Source: Octopus sinensis (Eukaryota). From it: DNA of 10,491 nt. The notes below the pieces were generated by a model. The model did not search any database, was not told the origin of the DNA, and saw only the letters and a program-made list of their open reading frames with translations. The DNA is taken from contig NW_021827384.1 of the NCBI RefSeq assembly GCF_006345805.1, positions 1 through 10,491 of the forward strand. Reading direction: 5' to 3'. Every line of letters starts with the position of its first letter. The stretch's first letter is position 1. The position numbers and the translations under genes were made by a program. This document shows positions 7,365 through 10,491 of the stretch, one piece after another.

Positions 7365-8149
7365 ATAACAAAGTCGATGAGGGTTTAACCGAGGAGAAAT
7401 GTGCTTTGGCTCAACCAAAATACCAAAAGCGAAAAATTAAAAAAAAACATTGGTGAATTATCTGCCCTTACATTTTACCTCTGCTCGTTATTTTTGTTAT
7501 ATCCGTCATCTTCGTTGTCATCGTATTTGTTGTTTCTGTTACTAAAATAAGTTTATCTTTGGGTTCGAAGTTGTCAGGTAGACTTCCCATTTGATATTAC
7601 GTTGTCCTCACCCGGTCTTCACATTAGATATAGAACCTCCTAATGTATTATGCAACGAGCCATTTCATGATTTCATTTCTGAATATTTAACAGAGATTTG
7701 CCTCCTGATGCAAGAAGGCCCGAAGGTTTAGCACAGATTTTAGAGTATTGTTACAACGCTGAAGCAACCAGCATACCCCCTTGAGAATGGCCTCTCCCAT
7801 TGATAGATTTCGATAATATTGTGAAGGGTAATTTGCATCGATATTAATCAGTTAGTCGTTGCAAAGGCATGCGTAGATGCAAGGTAAACGTGACAAACGG
7901 GGAGGCCTTTTACAAGATTCTCTCAAGGAGAGAACTAGGAGACAACGGAGTGCCACAAAATTTTTACCTGAGACTGTATTGAATCTGCGAACATATCAAG
8001 TCAGCTTTTGATATCTTGTTATATTACGACACAATAGTCTAAATAACCTCACCTGCTAGGGCAAATTGGCTGACGAATATTCAGTGAATATAGACGAGAT
8101 GCTATCAGTCGCCTCTGATTGTACAGAGATACAGAGATAGATAACCGTA

Positions 8150-8439
8150 AAAAAACACGTACATAAACACACAAACACGTGTATGTACGTATGTTATTTG
8201 TATGTACGTTATGTTCTACAAAGTATACTTAAGTGAATTTGTACATCATGTACACGCAAGCACACGCACGCACGCACACACAAATACACACGAACCTACA
8301 CACACACACACATAAACATACACACAAACACACGCCTATGTAAATATAAACACAAATTTGTATTTCATAGGAAAAAAAACATGCACCTGTCTTTTAGGAG
8401 TGTTATTACGTAGTTAGCACATTTGCAAACAACCTGCAA

Positions 8440-8498
<59 letters not shown>

Positions 8499-8503
8499 TA
8501 TAT

Positions 8504-8543
<40 letters not shown>

Positions 8544-8670
8544 TATATATATATCATATACATATATATATATGATATATCTATATGGCCTACATACACT
8601 CGCACACACATATATATATATACATATGCTATTTATACATGGATATATATACCTTTATAGATATACGTGT

Positions 8671-8725
<55 letters not shown>
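8150..8725. repeat. Mixed (CA)n, (CGCA)n and long (TA)n microsatellite zone
   Basis: Directly visible; near-perfect TA run at about 8443-8497. Confidence 0.9.
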
Positions 8726-9101
8726 GGATTAACTATTCTTATACACAGGACTATGCACCATCGTCACGTGCTTTCGTATTTTCATATTTATTCGTGTGTT
8801 CTTTCTAGACTTTCAAGAAAAGAAGTGTTCCCAGGTTCATCATAGTTTCTTGACACACACTCTCTTATCTTATGGATGAGGAGGTCGAGGTTGGAGTTAT
8901 ATTATTTTTAATTTCCTACACAAAGATTAAAGAGATCGGTACTTTTGATTTACGCATACAAACACCCAAACACACATATACTCACACACAGATTCACATT
9001 TATTACGATCTATATATTTTACAACTTTCACAAACACAAACGTTCACCAATACGTAGATGATAATAAAAAAAGGACAACGTAACATTGAGTGTATTTAAT
9101 A

Positions 9102-9320
9102 TTCTTCTCTGCTACATGTGCAAGGCCTGATATTTTCGGGAAGAGAGGAGGTTCTATTTGATTATGTTCATCACATTGCGTAATTGGTATTTATTTCATC
9201 GAACCCGATACGATGAAAAGTGAAGACTACTACGGCGGGATTTGAACTCAAAATATAATGATGATGACATGCCGATATACATTTTGTTTGGCGTGTTAAT
9301 GATCCTGCCAGCTCGCCGCC
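9102..9320 (-). mobile_element. Degraded tRNA-derived SINE, second family
   Basis: The minus strand begins GGCGGCGAGCTGGCAGGATC (A-box-like) and has a canonical B box GAGTTCAAATCCC (9237-9249), followed by a central block (..tcatcgtatcgggttcgatgaaataaatacca..). It resembles a common cephalopod SINE (recall). Confidence 0.72.
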
Positions 9321-9384
9321 TTGTTTGCATTCGTGTTATATAGACTTGTGGACAAACGTGTCCGTTGCAAACCTTCAATGGAAA

Positions 9385-9741
9385 ACGCACGGACATACAC
9401 GGACATACACATATACACACATCCATATATACGTCCATACATTTATACATATAAACAGATATACATACATACATACATATAAATATTATATATGTATGTA
9501 TATATATGATATATATATATATATATATATGCATTATATGTATATGTATATAGTTATGTATATAGATATATGATGGTGTGTATGCATATATGTATATATA
9601 TGTGTATATATATATGTATATATATATATGTATATATATAGTATTATATATATATGTATATATATATATATAATATATATATTATAATATATATAGATAT
9701 ATGTATATATATATATTTTGTGTGTGTCTGTGTATATATAT
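9385..9741. repeat. (CATA)n/(TA)n/(TG)n microsatellite zone
   Basis: Directly visible. Confidence 0.92.
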
Positions 9742-10491
9742 AAAAGTGGCCCTTAGCAATAGGTAGTTAAAATTTTCCTACCCCCACCACAACCTGCAAA
9801 ATCTCAGCTGAATTGGACAATTGCTAGGCGACCTCCAAACATTGTATATGCAACGATTAGTTCTGATCAAAAGTGGTATACTGATCCCTTTCTCGAACAT
9901 TTTCTGCTTCCTTCTTAAAGAAATTTATGTGGACACATCCAGGCAACCCCAACAGGTGTTAAAAAAACATTCTGAATCAAATTTATCATTAGCTAATTTG
10001 AAAAATGCCTGAAATAAAATGAAAAATGTAAGAAATATTAGATTTTCTTACTAAAGCAAAAAACTTCTATAAGCGAAACACATTTTTATTAACAACAATA
10101 ATTTCTATAGAATCAAAAACATAATGTGAACACTGATCATTGGATATTGAACATTATTTTTGTATAAGAGAAGATTTAGTGGCAGTTGTATACGTTTTAT
10201 TGTTAAAACAAATTGATTTTGTTTCATCTTTTGTGAGAATATTATTGTAATCCTAAACGAGTTTGACACCTCTTTCTACAACGTTTCTCAAGTTTTCCAA
10301 GTCCGCTTTTGTAACTAGGATCGTCCTTCCATGCTGAAGGGTTTTTTGTCGCGGAAATCGATGCCGATCGAAAATCTCGTGAAGAAAGTTTTTGCACCAG
10401 GAATTACAAAAGATTCAAACTCGATGTTTGTAAAGGAAGAAAATAATTTTGGTGCAGAATGTACCTCTTCAGTTAATTCTTCTTCTTTCTT
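9742..10491 (-). mobile_element. Probable 3' arm of a DNA transposon (hAT superfamily, hATm-like); continues beyond the window
   Basis: Transposase C-terminal remnant at 10154-10491, an AATAAA at 10085-10090 on the minus strand, then about 400 bp of non-coding subterminal sequence ending at the TA tract. The terminal boundary is inferred. Confidence 0.5.
10154..10491 (-). pseudogene. Frameshifted transposase C-terminus (hATm-like)
   Basis: Stitched frames give SFVIPGAKTFFTRFSIGIDF / KNPSAWKDDPSYKSGL / NVVERGVKLV*DYNNILTKDE..TKSSLIQK*. This matches the recalled pattern FF..F....FL..DP..W.....Y...L..V..L.VVND.AERGVKL..DYN.ILTKDE. Confidence 0.65.

Noticed and set aside
7475-7595. Minus-strand 40-codon ORF or mini-exon candidate ending gag|gtaaaa
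   Set aside because: Stops in all frames upstream, low complexity and no recognisable domain.
7918-7934. 7-bp hairpin ttctctc-aag-gagagaa
   Set aside because: Single short stem of CT/GA dinucleotides; eukaryotic context, so not a terminator.
9349-9410. ggaca/tgtcc hairpin and acggacatac 10-bp doublet
   Set aside because: Short, and merges into the CATA microsatellite; expected by chance or slippage.
9821-10012. 63-aa + strand ORF
   Set aside because: No motifs; lies in the presumptive non-coding subterminal arm of the DNA transposon.

Overview
Eukaryotic, microsatellite-saturated, repeat-only DNA with no host exon I can support. The SINE families look like those I recall from octopus genomes (recall, not searched). 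The core (about 1991-6831) is a head-to-tail train of five truncated fragments (A-E) of R4/Dong-type non-LTR retrotransposons, carrying RT, a CCHC knuckle and a restriction-like PD-(D/E)xK endonuclease. They fall into about three subfamilies (A/C, B, D/E), all lie on the + strand, and most are separated by (AAT)n-based microsatellites. This fits a self-reinforcing (TAA)n-targeting system. Candidate extras are a shared 3' UTR pseudoknot/hairpin, a tail-less A-B fusion and an internally deleted element A. Flanking the train are three minus-strand tRNA-derived SINEs (two families), a frameshifted C-terminal remnant of a hAT-like (hATm-type) transposase at the right edge, and long TA/CA tracts. 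Most ORFs in the supplied track are microsatellite artefacts.
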